Of a stretch of DNA of 64,000 nucleotides, positions 37,273 to 49,369 are shown in pieces. Both the position numbers and the translations under genes were made by a program. The stretch comes from Camelus dromedarius (Eukaryota): contig NC_087436.1 of NCBI RefSeq assembly GCF_036321535.1, positions 18,230,001 through 18,294,000 on the forward strand, written 5' to 3'. Under the pieces are notes generated by a model. That model saw nothing but the letters and a program-made list of their open reading frames with translations. It was not told the origin of the DNA and ran no database searches. Position 1 is the first letter of the stretch. Each line of letters begins with the position of its first letter.

Positions 37273-39094
37273 TATACCATAACAACGAAACTTATGCAAA
37301 ACACACAAATTTTACGGCTCAACCCCAATTTGAAAATCCTTGGGAGTTTCACAGTACCCTTTCCACCTGGGAAATGCAATTTTCTGGTTTGCAAGGGAAG
37401 AAAGACTTTGATAATATTTTTGGCCCATGGAAAACTTCTTTTAAAACAACATCTTAAGGTACTGAGCGGAAATGAAGCCAAAACATATGGATTAAGTTTC
37501 CCATAAGGTACGTATGGATTGTATGAAAACAGCAAAGAGGCTTGGACAAAATGTGATCTCCAAAGCAGATTAACCAGGGGTCTTTTTCTAACTCCAAATT
37601 TAATCTGGCACTTTCTTGCTTTAATTACATGTTGAAAGTTTCCTTCTTCTGACTTAGTGACTTTCCTGGTCAGAGTTAACATTTTTCACATTCCGGGGGA
37701 AGAAAAATAAGTAACTGAGGAAAAGAAAACATTTTCCTTCTATTGTCATTTCCCCTGCTCCGCTCTCCTTCACCAACTCTACTGAGCCTCTTCATTTCAC
37801 TGCTAGGGCCCCCCCTCCTGTTTTGAATTAAAATTGCCCCTTCCTCACAAGACTATTCTTTTTAACCTTTCCTATCCTTCCTCCCTGTCCTTTTGCTTTT
37901 CGTTCTCAAACATTAAGAGGAGCTGTATCCCTGCCTCGCCACGTTCAAGGCAAACAGAAGCTCCTATGGGTGGTCCATGGGGATAGGTCATCAAGGAAAC
38001 CTCTGGCTTGGACGGGAGGGGCCAGGCATCCATGGGAAGTGTCTCCACACAACCACCCTTGTCAGCAGAAACTCTCTGCCACACGGCAGAGCCTGGACTC
38101 CGAGGTGAAGTCTGGTTAAGCAGGAACAGAGCTGGGAGTGAGAGTCAAAACGGCCAAGGATGAGATCGGAGGGGAAAAAAAGAGGTTGTGGGGAAATTAA
38201 GTTCTCAAAAATGTCCACTAGCCTAAGCTAACAGCCACTCCGTCCACCCCCACCCCAAGCAGCCCTCTGCTTCCAAACCTAAGCCCACGTGCTCAGCAAA
38301 GTATCTGAAACTCAGTATCTCACCTCCTCTTGGTGGGAAACCTCAGCACTTCACCTAACACCAGTTGTGCATCCATAGCGCTAGCCAGCCTGGCCGCAGA
38401 AAGAAAGAGGGGAACTAAGAGGCTGCTCAGCTCCATCTCAGAGAGTGGGTCCAGTGTCATGTGCCGTGTAACCATTGTAACTGGCTCGCCAATGCCACTT
38501 GGAGGTTCCTGTAGGATTTGGTAACAAGGTGAGAGCCGCCTTCTCTACCGCCCAGCAGGAAAAACCACGTACTTATCTCCTCAGCTTCAAATAAGATAAG
38601 AAAACAGGAAGCTTCAGCCTGAGATGGAAAGTCTTTTACCTGAGAGCAAGACCCAGAGCCAGGAGTTTCGCAAATAAATTGGATAAAACTTCTCCACTTG
38701 GGATTTAATCTAATGAGCACTGCACTCCTAACTATTGTCTCAAGGTAATAGTCTAAGTATAGTAGCCACCGTTGCATGAAGCTGTCTGGACAGCTCACCA
38801 AACACGCTAATGATGCTGAATGACAGTTTGACAAGACCCCAAAAGGAGGCAGAAATTCACCACAAGCTGCCAAAAAACAAAAACATAAGCCAAAAAACCC
38901 AGAAACGTCTGACACCCATACCCCAGCTGCTTTTTACCACACTGGTAAAGAAAATCTCTGGCCAGGTTCCAAGCTTAACTTTTCAGTGGGAATTGATGTT
39001 CGCACAAGCTTAGAACGGCTCTAGCAAACAGCCAACACAGCAAGAATCCAAGAAACGCCCTTGCATTGCTTTGCTCAAAGGGCCTCCACCTCCC

Positions 39095-39369
39095 AGAAAC
39101 TCACAGACATATAAAGCAAACTTGAGGTTACCAGGGGGAAAGGGGGGCAGGGAGGTGGAGGGATAAATTGGGAGTTCGAGATTTGCAGACATCAACCACT
39201 ATATATAAAAGGGATAAACAATGGGGATCTACTGTATATCCATTACCTTGTAATAGCCTATGAGGAAAAAAAATATAAAAAGGGACATATATACAGACAT
39301 ATAACTGAGCCACTATGCCGTATACCAGAAATTAACACAGCCTTGTAACCTGACTATACATCAGTAAAG
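39095..39369 (+). mobile_element. 5'-truncated L1 3' UTR
   Basis: ggataaattgggagttcgagatttgcaga...gactatacatcagtaaa; degenerate TSD aaagggcctccacct / aaagggactgtacct. Confidence 0.85.
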
Positions 39370-40413
39370 AAAGGGACTGTACCTGCCTTTGTCTGCCTCT
39401 TTCCCACTCCCCCGACCCCGTTAAATTTCACTGAATCCATTAATTCATCAAATAAATACTAACTGAGCACCTAACATGTACCAGGTATTATTCTAAACGT
39501 TCAAAAAGATCTCTGCCCTCAAAGATCTAGGAGAGAGAACTCCATAACAACTAGGAAAATAAGTAAATTACACAGGGCGTTAGACCAGCATGTGTGCACG
39601 GGATACGAGTCCCAGAACAGGGCTCCAGCCCCCAGACGGCAACCTGTTTACCATCAGGGGCTGTAATGTTCTTCCTCACATTCCAGCACCTCATGCCTGC
39701 TTGGCATATAATGCAATCTCAATGTAACAAAATAATAATAAACAAGCTGCTGTCCATGCATTTTAACCATTTTCAAATTCCCTGTCTTAGAAGGAGAATG
39801 GAGGAAAGTTATTAGCAAGGTCCTGATCTACATGAACAGAATGGGGGGGGGGGGATGTAAAAGGTCCTGAGTCTACTGTATTTTGAAAAATCATGTATTC
39901 CCTTGAATACAGAGAAACACACAACAAGATATATTACCTAAGAGATTATTCATTTTAAACCAGAGATTCTTAAACTAGAGTCCCCAGAGTCAAGGACGTT
40001 AGCACAACTGTACGGAGAGGGAGAGCTGTGTGTGTTTTTCTGGGGAGAATAAGACACAGATTGACAGAAATATCTTCCTTGTGTTACAGAAAATAGAATT
40101 TGAGGGAGAAATCCAAGGATAGGAACAAAGCCAGCAAAAACCATCAACAGTCCACAATAACATTGCTGATATTCATTTGCATCTGGATTAAACATTTCCT
40201 CCTTAAATCAGTGAGATAACAGACAACCAGGTAAGCTTCAGATTTCTGGAAAAACTCTTATCAGAAGACAGAAGGTCACCACTCACCACCATGATAATAA
40301 AATTAAATAGAGAGAGAGAAGGAAAATCTAAGAGGTTAGCTCTAACTCTCATGGAGACAAGCCCAGACCAGGAATTTCCTTAAGGAAAAAACAACAACAA
40401 AAAGAAGTTTTAC

Positions 40414-40573
40414 CTTTTCATGGTTTTCAATTAAAATTTCCACGACAATATTCTGAAATTTCAAATCCATGATGGCTGCAACAGTTTCTTCCTGTGGCCT
40501 CATCAGAGTTGGTCCAAACACCACTCCTAAATTTGCCACGGTCATGAGGTTGTGCTTGGAGTGATTGGAAACA
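40414..40573 (-). CDS. ARHGAP10: ARHGAP10 internal coding exon (160 nt): (N)[53 protein letters not shown]
   Basis: atactag|TGTTTCC...GAAAAG|gtaaaa. Carries the [16 protein letters not shown] RhoGAP signature (ORF 40342..40545). Confidence 0.97.
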
Positions 40574-41039
40574 CTAGTATTGATGAGGGGAAAAGAAAGG
40601 TCTTTGGTTAAAAGAAGGGCAGTAACTACGGAAAGTACAATACTCTACAACTCTGTATTCCCCTAAAAACAAGGGGTCAGACACCACTGTTCTCAACATC
40701 TGCCACTCAAGTACCCGGATCTGACAAAGCCCTAGGTCAGGAGGTCCCTGCCTACCTTCCTACTTCTCTTTCTTTGATGTTCTGCTTAGCCATATGTCTT
40801 TTTTAATAATCTCATGTATATGCTAAGCTTGGGTCCCTGACAGCCTTCATTTACTGTTCCAATTATTTCGAACATCCTTTCTTTCCCCAGATCATTATCC
40901 CTTTGCTACCAAGGAATACGAGACCACATGGTACGTTTGTCAAAATTACCCTCACAAGCACACAGAGTTTGGTCAGAACACCCACACTCATCTCTTTGGC
41001 CCAGTACCATTGTGCAGTGAACAACCTGGACAACTGTTC

Positions 41040-41352
41040 TTAGCAGCCCTGACACCTAATTCAGGTCTCAACTCAAAAGGTCACATCCTCGAAGAGACCT
41101 TCCATAACCATCTTCGTAGTCCCACACTCAATATATACTCTTTATCCCTCATTCTACTTCATCTTTTTGTCATTTAATCACCTGAAACCATTTTCTATTT
41201 TTATTTGTCATCTGTTTATGATCTTTTCCCTCTTAGAAAGAAGGGACTTCATGAAAGTAGGGACTTTGTCTATCTTGTTCAACTATGCCCTTGTATCAGC
41301 TAGTGCCTTAAGGAGGCATTCAACACCTATTTGCTGACCAAATGAATGAATG
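41040..41352 (+). mobile_element. LINE-2 3' end remnant
   Basis: ttcaggtctcaactcaaaaggtcacatcctc...gggactttgtctatcttgttca...tatttgctgaccaaatgaatgaatg. Confidence 0.7.
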
Positions 41353-41558
41353 GTGATACCAATAGTAGGACCCTTGGGAGGCCATAATATCGTCTGGCTT
41401 TCTGTTTCTTTTTCACATGAAATAAAGGTTCTAAAACACAGCGTTCCTCAGCTTCCTCTCACCTCTAAAATTCTACAGTTATCGTGATCTAGGAGTCACT
41501 TATATTTGAAGAAAGAGCTAATTTCTCCACTGAATTAATCAGATTTTGCTTGCTTTTT

Positions 41559-41679
41559 CACTGAAATATAGTTGATTTACAATGTGTTAATTTCTGGTGT
41601 ACAGTATAGTGATTCATTTATTTATATATATGCACACAAACATATTCCTTTTCATGTTCTTTTTCATTACAGGCCATTC
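41559..41679 (-). mobile_element. Short L1 3' tail, sense to the host gene
   Basis: Perfect 17-bp TSD gattttgcttgcttttt at 41542-41558 and 41680-41696. Confidence 0.88.
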
Positions 41680-42123
41680 GATTTTGCTTGCTTTTTAAAG
41701 GAGTAATGAAAGGAATAGAATGGATCCTACAAAATAACTACCTATTACCAGATTAAACTCACTGAAAGGACATGTTCAGACTTAGAGTTGGGAAGGTGTG
41801 AAACCATGCTAAATTTGCTAACAGACTTATAATCGCATTTCCAGAATCTGTGCACAGGGAAACGTATAATGTTCTCTTTTCTTACTTCAACTCAAACCCT
41901 GAGTTGCTGGCAGCGATGTTAAGCAAATAATTATATGACTTTGTGAAAGCATTGCATTTCACCACTCCTGTCCAAAACACACACAGTGAGTCAAGTGTCC
42001 AGCCTGCCCTTGCAGGTGTGGTCCCTGGTCCTGTGTACGCAGCCCCACTTCCAAGCGATCCAGATTCAACACCACCACACAGCACCCAGAGCAAAACGAA
42101 GGAAGGAAGGAAGGGAGGCTTAC

Positions 42124-42229
42124 TTAGTTAAGTGTTTCACCAAAATATCCAGCATTTCTTTATTTTTCTCCGGCAGTTTGTGTACCAAGAAATGGATAGC
42201 GTTAACACGCGATTCTGGGCTGCCGCTTT
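42124..42229 (-). CDS. ARHGAP10: ARHGAP10 internal coding exon (106 nt): (K)[34 protein letters not shown](N)
   Basis: Long polypyrimidine tract then ccctaaag|AAAGCGGC...ACTAA|gtaagc. Embedded in ORF 42120..42311; phases fit both neighbours. Confidence 0.96.
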
Positions 42230-42604
42230 CTTTAGGGGGAAAAAAAAAGAAGAAGGAAAAAAAATAGTTAGCAGAGAACTCAGAATCAAATATATCCCGA
42301 AAAACAAACAATTACAACAGCTCATCTGTTAAATCTTCAAACAGAGAATTTACACCTATCTTGCCACCTTTCAGAAAAAAAGAAAAGAAAATCCATCTTT
42401 GTCCCTATTATTAATCTTCTATGCCTCCCCTACGAGGTCATTTCGGCGCAGCTGCAGTCACTGCCTTTCCTCAGCTGACGTTTAAGAACAGATCCCTCTG
42501 GCTCGTTGCCCTTCCAGCCTGCTCCTCACTCACTGGAGGAGTCTAGTTGCCGGGTCCTGCCCCACCAGGGGATGCCAATAAAATGTTAGCAAAGAAGTTC
42601 CTCC

Positions 42605-43586
42605 CTCTTAGGGGTTAAATTTTATCACCCAAAACAATAACCACCCCGTATCTCAGAATGTGACTGTTTTAAAATGTACCGGGGAACTGCTGCCATCAGG
42701 TGTGGTAGGACATGCAGACACAAAAACGACTGTGATGGAGGAGGAAGTGTATCCTCACGCACCCCCAGAAACAGCAGGCATGCCAGGCAGGGCCACAGGG
42801 AAGCACCGGGATGGGTCACGGGGCAACAGGCAAGGAGAGAACTCGGGCAAGAGGCTTAGCTGCAGCACCCACGGGAAGGAGCAGGCAAGGCAGGGCAGGC
42901 AGGCTTAGCACTGGTGGTGCGAGTTTTTCAGCAGGCTTAGGACTGCTGGGTGTAGAGAGGGTTCCTGATTATCTGGTACCTGGCCCTGAGGTGGTTAAAG
43001 CAACAGAATATTAGTCTGGAGGGTAAGAACCAGAAGGATGGGGTCGGGGGAGGGAAAGTGGGCTCTGGATGGGTTAGTCTGCATACGGGAAGTGCACCCA
43101 GGTTTCCTATCTCTAGGAGTTGGTCAGCCCCGGAAAGGGCAGTCTCCCCAGGGTCATTAAGGCCTTGGATATTGAAACATCAGAATAAAAAGATGTGTTT
43201 AACACAGCGGTCATGTGATATAAGGTCACTGCAGATGTCACAAGTTAAGGTGAGACCACAGGGTCCTTTAATCCAACATGACTGGTACCCTTACAAGAAA
43301 ACAAAGACACAGAGGGAAGATGGCCATGTGAAGACAGATACAGGGGAGACGATCATGTGACCATGGAGACAGAATGGACTGATGTGTGCACAAGCCAAGG
43401 ACTGCCAGGAAACCCCGGGAGGTGGAGGAGGCGAGGAAGGGTCCTTCCCTAGAGCCTTCAGAGGGAGCACGGCCCTGCTGACACCTTGAATTTGGGCCTC
43501 ACCTCTTGAACGGTGAGAGAGTATATTTCTGTTATTTTAAACCATTCAGTTTGTGGTACTGTTATAGCAGCCCTAGGAATCAAACA
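42605..43586 (+). mobile_element. MLT1C-like MaLR LTR split by a nested ERVL LTR (MER76-like, about 42675-43206, minus)
   Basis: The MLT1 start (ggggttaaattttatcacccaaaa...tctcagaatgtgactgttt) resumes at about 43215 and ends cagtttgtggtactgttatagcagccctaggaatcaaaca. The insert has TG...CA ends. Confidence 0.65.
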
Positions 43587-43727
43587 TATTCTCTTTATCC
43601 CTTAGACCTTAGAAGTATCATCACCCATGGTTCTCATTAACAATGTGCCCAAATTCCCTCTATTGCGTTCCTGATAGGAAATTATGGAGCAAATCAATAA
43701 AATGATTATTGAGAATTATGCAAGAGG

Positions 43728-43958
43728 CGGGGTGGGTATAGCTCAGTGGTAGAGCTTGCTTAGCATGCACGAGGTCCTCAGGTCAGTCCCTGCCAGCTCT
43801 CTGTGAGCCTCCTTCCTTCCTGCTTTGGTAAACTGAGCACCTCATTCTCATAAGGCAGTTTGTTGATGCCCCTGAAACCTCTAGCATAATTGTTTTTGTT
43901 TTTTTTTTTCTTTTTAAACGGAGGTGCTGGGGATTGAATCCAGGACCTCATGCATGCT
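43728..43958. mobile_element. Single tRNA-Ala-derived SINE broken by a micro-inversion (head +, 43728-43778; tail -, 43892-43958)
   Basis: TSD aattatgcaagagg (43714-43727) recurs inverted as cctctagcataatt (43878-43891). Confidence 0.85.
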
Positions 43959-44439
43959 GGCGGGGAAGCTCAGGGAGGTTTCACATAAGGGAGAGCATTT
44001 GAGCTGGTGCTTAAAGAAAACAGGGAAGATTTCCAGGAAGGGCAGAATTGAAGAGGTGAGGGGTACACCCCAGATTCAGCCAGCAGTAGAAGCAAATACA
44101 CAGTCTATCCAGAGACAGCACCTCAAGCTTACAGAATGGTAGTCGGAGGCCAAACTTTGGTCTGTAAAGACCACTTGGAAGAACTTGGCTTTACTAGTGG
44201 CTTCTGAATTAGTCACTGAAAGTAAAGCAAAGAAGAAATACAAGCAGAGTTAAATTTGGGGAAGACACACCTTACATTTCTAGAGGATGAATTAAGATGG
44301 GGAAAAGAGCAAATTAAGAAGGAAATACTATCTGGGCAAGAAGTCATGAGGCAGGAAGGGGCGGGGGGCAGGGCAGGGGTAGGACTACAAATAAGGAAAT
44401 AGAGCAAAGAAGTATGATCTACGGTCAGATGGTGGAATC

Positions 44440-44635
44440 ACTGCTTCCACCTGACAGCTGAGTGGACTTAGGCAAGTTACCTAACCTCTCTGGGCCTCAG
44501 TTTCCTCATCTGCAAGATGAAGTGAACAGCACTTTCTCCGAAGGCCACTATGAGATTCAGTGAGGTGACATGCAGAAAGCATTTGTTTACCCCAGTGGTT
44601 GGCCAACAGAGGCACTCAACCGCTGGGAGCCAGCA
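44440..44635 (+). mobile_element. MIR SINE
   Basis: Core motif acttaggcaagttacctaacctctctgggcctcagtttcctcatctgcaagatg. Confidence 0.85.
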
Positions 44636-45156
44636 CCACTGTTGCCGTCTGTGTTACTATTACATGAGAGCACAATGGAAGGAGTAGAATGGAGGGGATT
44701 TAGCCTCCGACTGGCTGAGGGTCAGGAGGAAGAAGGCAAAGATGAGTGAGGCTTCATGTCTGGGTTAGCTGGGGTATGGGCACTTCTGCTGACGGACAGG
44801 AGTGCAGAGGCAAAGAGGGTTTGAGGTGGAAGACGATGATGGAAGTAACGGAGAAAGCGATACTCAAGAGGCTGGTCTTCTCGCAGGCAGCTGGGAAGGG
44901 GGCAGGTCTCAGAGACGAAGGCTAGCTGCATGACCTGCAGCACGTAGCCAAGGATGCCGGACTACTGCGGAGCCTAAGAGAGGACATTTGGGGGAAAAGA
45001 GCTCAAAAGACGTACAGGGGAGATGCCACTGGCAACTAAGCCAAGCAAAGGAGGAGGAAGAGAGGGGGCGCCCAGGGTGGGGTTCAGTGTCATCAGAATG
45101 TCAAGTGAGAAGAAACCTGCAAAGACTGCGAAGCTAGTGCTATCAAGAGGTAAGGA

Positions 45157-45223
45157 AAGACTGGGGCATTGTGCTGGACACCAGAAACTGCACGTTGTAA
45201 TCAACTGTACTTCAGTTAAAAAA
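45157..45223 (+). mobile_element. Very short L1 3' tail
   Basis: gcattgtgctggacaccagaaactg...tgtacttcagttaaaa; TSD aagaggtaagga / aagagttaagga. Confidence 0.75.
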
Positions 45224-45469
45224 AAGAGTTAAGGAGAAACCAGGAAATACAAAGACAGAGAAGGGGCCCTGGATATGGCTGAACTGACCACATTTAACAA
45301 AAACAGGGAGGTCAAAGAGTGAGGTCCTGAAGAGATGCCCAAAGTGGGATTTCAGACCAGAGGTTCAAAAATCGAGAAACTGAAGGGGAGGGGAAGAAAA
45401 CTAAAGCAATCCCCCCTCTTGAAAGGGGAGTTTGATGGGATTTTTTGCTGTTTTTTTAAATTGAAGTAC

Positions 45470-45678
45470 TGAGGGGAGGGTACAGTTCAAGTGGTAGACT
45501 ACGTGCTTACTAAGCACGAGGTCCTGGGTTCAATCCCCAGCACCTCCATTGAAAAAATAAATAAACCTAATTACCTCTCCCCCTGCAAAAAAACAAGAAA
45601 AACAAACAAACAAAAAACCCAACAGTTAATTTTCAGGTGTTGGTAGATTTTTTTAAATTAAATAAACAAACAAACAAA
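45470..45678 (+). mobile_element. tRNA-Ala-derived SINE with an extended composite tail, nested in an L1 3' end
   Basis: TSD taaattgaagtac (45457-45469) / taaactgaagtac (45679-45691). Confidence 0.88.
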
Positions 45679-46135
45679 TAAACTGAAGTACAGTTGACAA
45701 GTAACATTATATTAGTTTCAGGTGTACAACATAATGATTCAATATCTGTACGTATTGCAAGATGGGCATCACCATAAGCCTAGTTACCATCTGTCATCAC
45801 ACATAGCTAAAACATTTATTTCTTGTGAGGAGAACTTTTAAGATCTACTCTCTTAGCAACTTTCAAATATGCAAGACAGTATTACCAATTACAGTCATCA
45901 CACTGCAAATCACATCCCCATGACTCGTTTATCTTACAACTAGAAGTTTGTACCTTTTGACTCCCTTCACCCTTTTTGCCCACCTCCATGTCTGTAACTG
46001 CCAATCTGTTCTCTGTATCTCTGAATTTGGTTTTGGGGTTTGGTTTGGTTTGGTTTGGTTTGGTTTGGTTTGGTTTTAAAGATTCCACAAGTAAGTGAGA
46101 TCATACAGTATTTGTCTTTCTCTGCCGGACTTGGC
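45679..46135 (-). mobile_element. L1MA-like 3' end containing a (GGTTT)n microsatellite at about 46028-46076
   Basis: ttttaagatctactctcttagcaactttcaaata...gattccacaagtaagtgagatcatacagtatttgtctttctctg. Confidence 0.85.
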
Positions 46136-46349
46136 ATTTTTTTTTCAAGATGATAATAGCTTCACTTTTCTGTTACTGGAAAAATTAAATATCTGCTCAA
46201 TTTTAGAAAACTTAATTTTGCTAAAATTTTCGGAAAAAACTGATAAAAAGTTCAGTGAATAAAATCACTAAAAATCTGAAATATATTTAGTCAAGCAAGA
46301 ACTGCCACAAATCAGGCAGAAAAGAGAGACAACCCAAAAGAAAAACAGG

Positions 46350-47135
46350 GGAGGGTCTGGAGCAGAAACTTCATGACAGGGGACCTCTATGTGACCAACA
46401 CACGTGTAAAATGAAAAGACGCTAAACCTCATTAGTTACCAGGAAAACAGAAATTAAAACCACAATGAGGGACCAACCATTCACCCATCAGGATGGCTTT
46501 CAATGAACACCAAACTCTGGCCAGCACATGAAGCAACTGGATCTGTCATACGCTAACTGGGTGGGAATAATTAACTGGCGCAACCACTCTGGAGAACTGT
46601 TATCTGCAGTATCTGCCAACCTAGAACACACACGTTGCCAGCGACCCAAAAATGCCTCTCATATGACCATTCGCTAAAAGACACAAGATGGAATGGTCAG
46701 AGCAGTCGCCTCTTGGTAACGGTCCAAACCAGAACTCCAGTACCCACCGAGAGCAGAAGAGGCAGACTGCGGTATAGTCCCACAACGGAACACTGAGCTT
46801 CAACGAGAGTGCAAGGTCTACTGCGTCGCTCAACAGGGATGGACCTCGCAGGGTGAGCAGAAGCAGCCCAACGTGTTAGTCTGCTCTGCATGATTCCACT
46901 TACAGGAAACTCAAGTGCAGCAACACGTGACTATGATGTCACAGGTCAGGAGGCTGCTCACCCGGCACGGGGGTGGAGAGTGACCACGCGGGGGCGAGGA
47001 AGGGCTTCTGCCAAGCTTTTATCTCTGGGGGCTGATTACATGGCTGCCTTCGCTTGGGGAAAATATACTACGCTGTATGCTTATTATTTACACTTATTAT
47101 TTGTACACGTCTCTTATGTTTCCATAAAAAGCTGC
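46350..47135 (+). mobile_element. Old L1 3' region (L1ME-like)
   Basis: gaaattaaaaccacaatgag, gcaaccactctggagaactg, tgcatgattccacttaca. Confidence 0.65.
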
Positions 47136-49369
47136 TTAAAGTTATTTGTAACAAATCTCACCTAAGAAATTGTAATTTTTAACTTTCATCTTTTCAGAGT
47201 TTTCCTTCCTTTTCTGTAATGAGATGTTCAAACAGCCCCTTTCGTGAAATACGTCATGGACATCTCGACATGTCGTTGGATGGATGCCACACGATCAACT
47301 GCACGAACATCTAAGTTGCTCCCCATGTTTGTAAAGTTAGATTTGTTTCCATTTACGCTTTCAGGAGTGGGGTTTGGGAGGAATGAGATTTTACAACACA
47401 GGACACCTTGTTGCTAAGGAGAAAGGAAGCAGAAGAGACTAAGAAATGGAAAGGTATGTAGGTAAAGCAGAACACAAACAATCCAATCACGTCACATAAT
47501 AGAAGACTGAGATACAGACTACATTTGTCACTGAGAACAAAAGTACAACTACCTAAAGAGTTAGGGGATCAATTATAATCAAGATTTTAATCTGGAGTTA
47601 AAGCCAAGATAATGCCTTCCTAAATCAAAGCTGGAGAAAAATAAAAAGCAATAAAAATACAGTAACATTTCCAATTCACAGCTTTGATTTTAAAAATAAA
47701 ATTAAGGCGGGGACTCTGAAAAACAGTGAAAAATTCCAAAGGAAGAAAAAGCCGCCTACGGTAAGAATTTTGTACATTCAAAAATTGACAATTTTTGAGA
47801 ACTTTGCACTAAAAAGCTGTTTCTAACTCATGTGTCTATCTTGTCGTTAATAATCATCTTTTGCCAAAGAAAACCTAATTTTAAAAATTATTTATTTATT
47901 ACTTCTTCAGAAACACAAGATAGAAAAAATAGTTTCCCACCTTCTAAGGATAAGGTCCTGCATTTCTAAAAATACTAGAATTGGTTTTGAAAATAGAATC
48001 AAAACCTTCCACTCCCTTTCTTAAGGGGCCCCCCTACTGGCTTACCCCCATCTCACTTGAAATGATATACTCATTTTTGCTAAGCCTGGTTTCCCCTCTT
48101 CTTCCAAAGAATACTTTTTGGATGTCAGGCTTGTAAAGTAAAACTATTTTTTCTCCATTTTGTGCCATTTTGACATGAATCAAAGCTTTCTAAGAATGGA
48201 CATCTTCATGTGGCTACAACATAATAATGACTTTAAGGTACTCAAAACAGAAACAAAAAAAGGTCTCCTAAGACGAATTATCTTTAGTTGCTTATGCTGT
48301 ATGCATTCCATTATATTTTAATTGATGTAAGTTGACAAAGAACACCAAGGCATACGTAACTTTTTGAAAAATCTAAGATACTGAATTAATAACACCCAAT
48401 TCCTGGCATTTGGCAGGGGCAGGAGTTTACTGTCACAGCAAAAGCATTTCTCATCGTGAAACTACACACATCAGCGTTCACAACACTTAATGTCGATCTG
48501 CTCGTGTTGCCGCACCAACTAACGGAGACTGAGAAAGATGTGATCATAGCTTACTGGAGCTTATCAAAGATACACAGACAAATTTAAATTCAATACTTAA
48601 ACGTCATAAGTCAACAATACTGTAATTTTAGGAAAGCATTAGCAGTAACCATTCAAGCACTTCCCAAGAGATAATGGTGGCTTCAGTCAGCCGACATCAA
48701 GTACTCGAGTTCTTCTGCAGGAGACCTTATCTCCTGGAAACAATGCATCTAGAGGCTAAGAGAGCTTGATGTCATTAACCATCCAATTCCTTTAATTTCC
48801 AGACTTCCGAGTCCCTCCCCACCAAGATGACATGATTTCGTCTTGCTTCCCACGCAGGTTTACCAACAAGGACAGAACCCTCCGGCTAGGCAGACACCAG
48901 TGCCCTGGACCCCATAACAGTTTTGTTTTTCATCATTAATGACCAAAGAACCTTGTGATTATGATACTGCTTCCCAGGTAACTTGACTACAGGAAGAAAA
49001 CATACAAACATAGCAAGACAGGTCTTCTGGTGCGGGGGACAGAAATTTTTCCTGTGATTCCAAATTAGGCGTCCAACTTCAGCTGCCATTCTCAAACTTA
49101 GTTTAACATGCATCTAACCTCGAATCTTGGGTCCAAGTCTTACCGATATGACATGTATCAAGGACTCTGAGCCTGAAAGGCTGAAACACACACCATGGAC
49201 CACAACATTCTCGAAGGTAATAAACATCATGCAGTCACGTATCCAGGTAGATGCCTACAAACCTTCCCCAGGTGGACACAATCTTCTGCATTCCCGTGTA
49301 GACCAAGCAAAGTGTATTTTCATCTTACAAATTTCTGTACTAAAAGCCCATTAATTTATCTTACAAGAT

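Noticed and set aside
37113..37682. 189-aa ORF
   Set aside because: Its C-terminus is a translated MER2-like MITE and there is no protein homology I can recognise.
45882..46088. ORF with KPNQT repeats
   Set aside because: Translation of a (GGTTT)n microsatellite in an L1 3' UTR.
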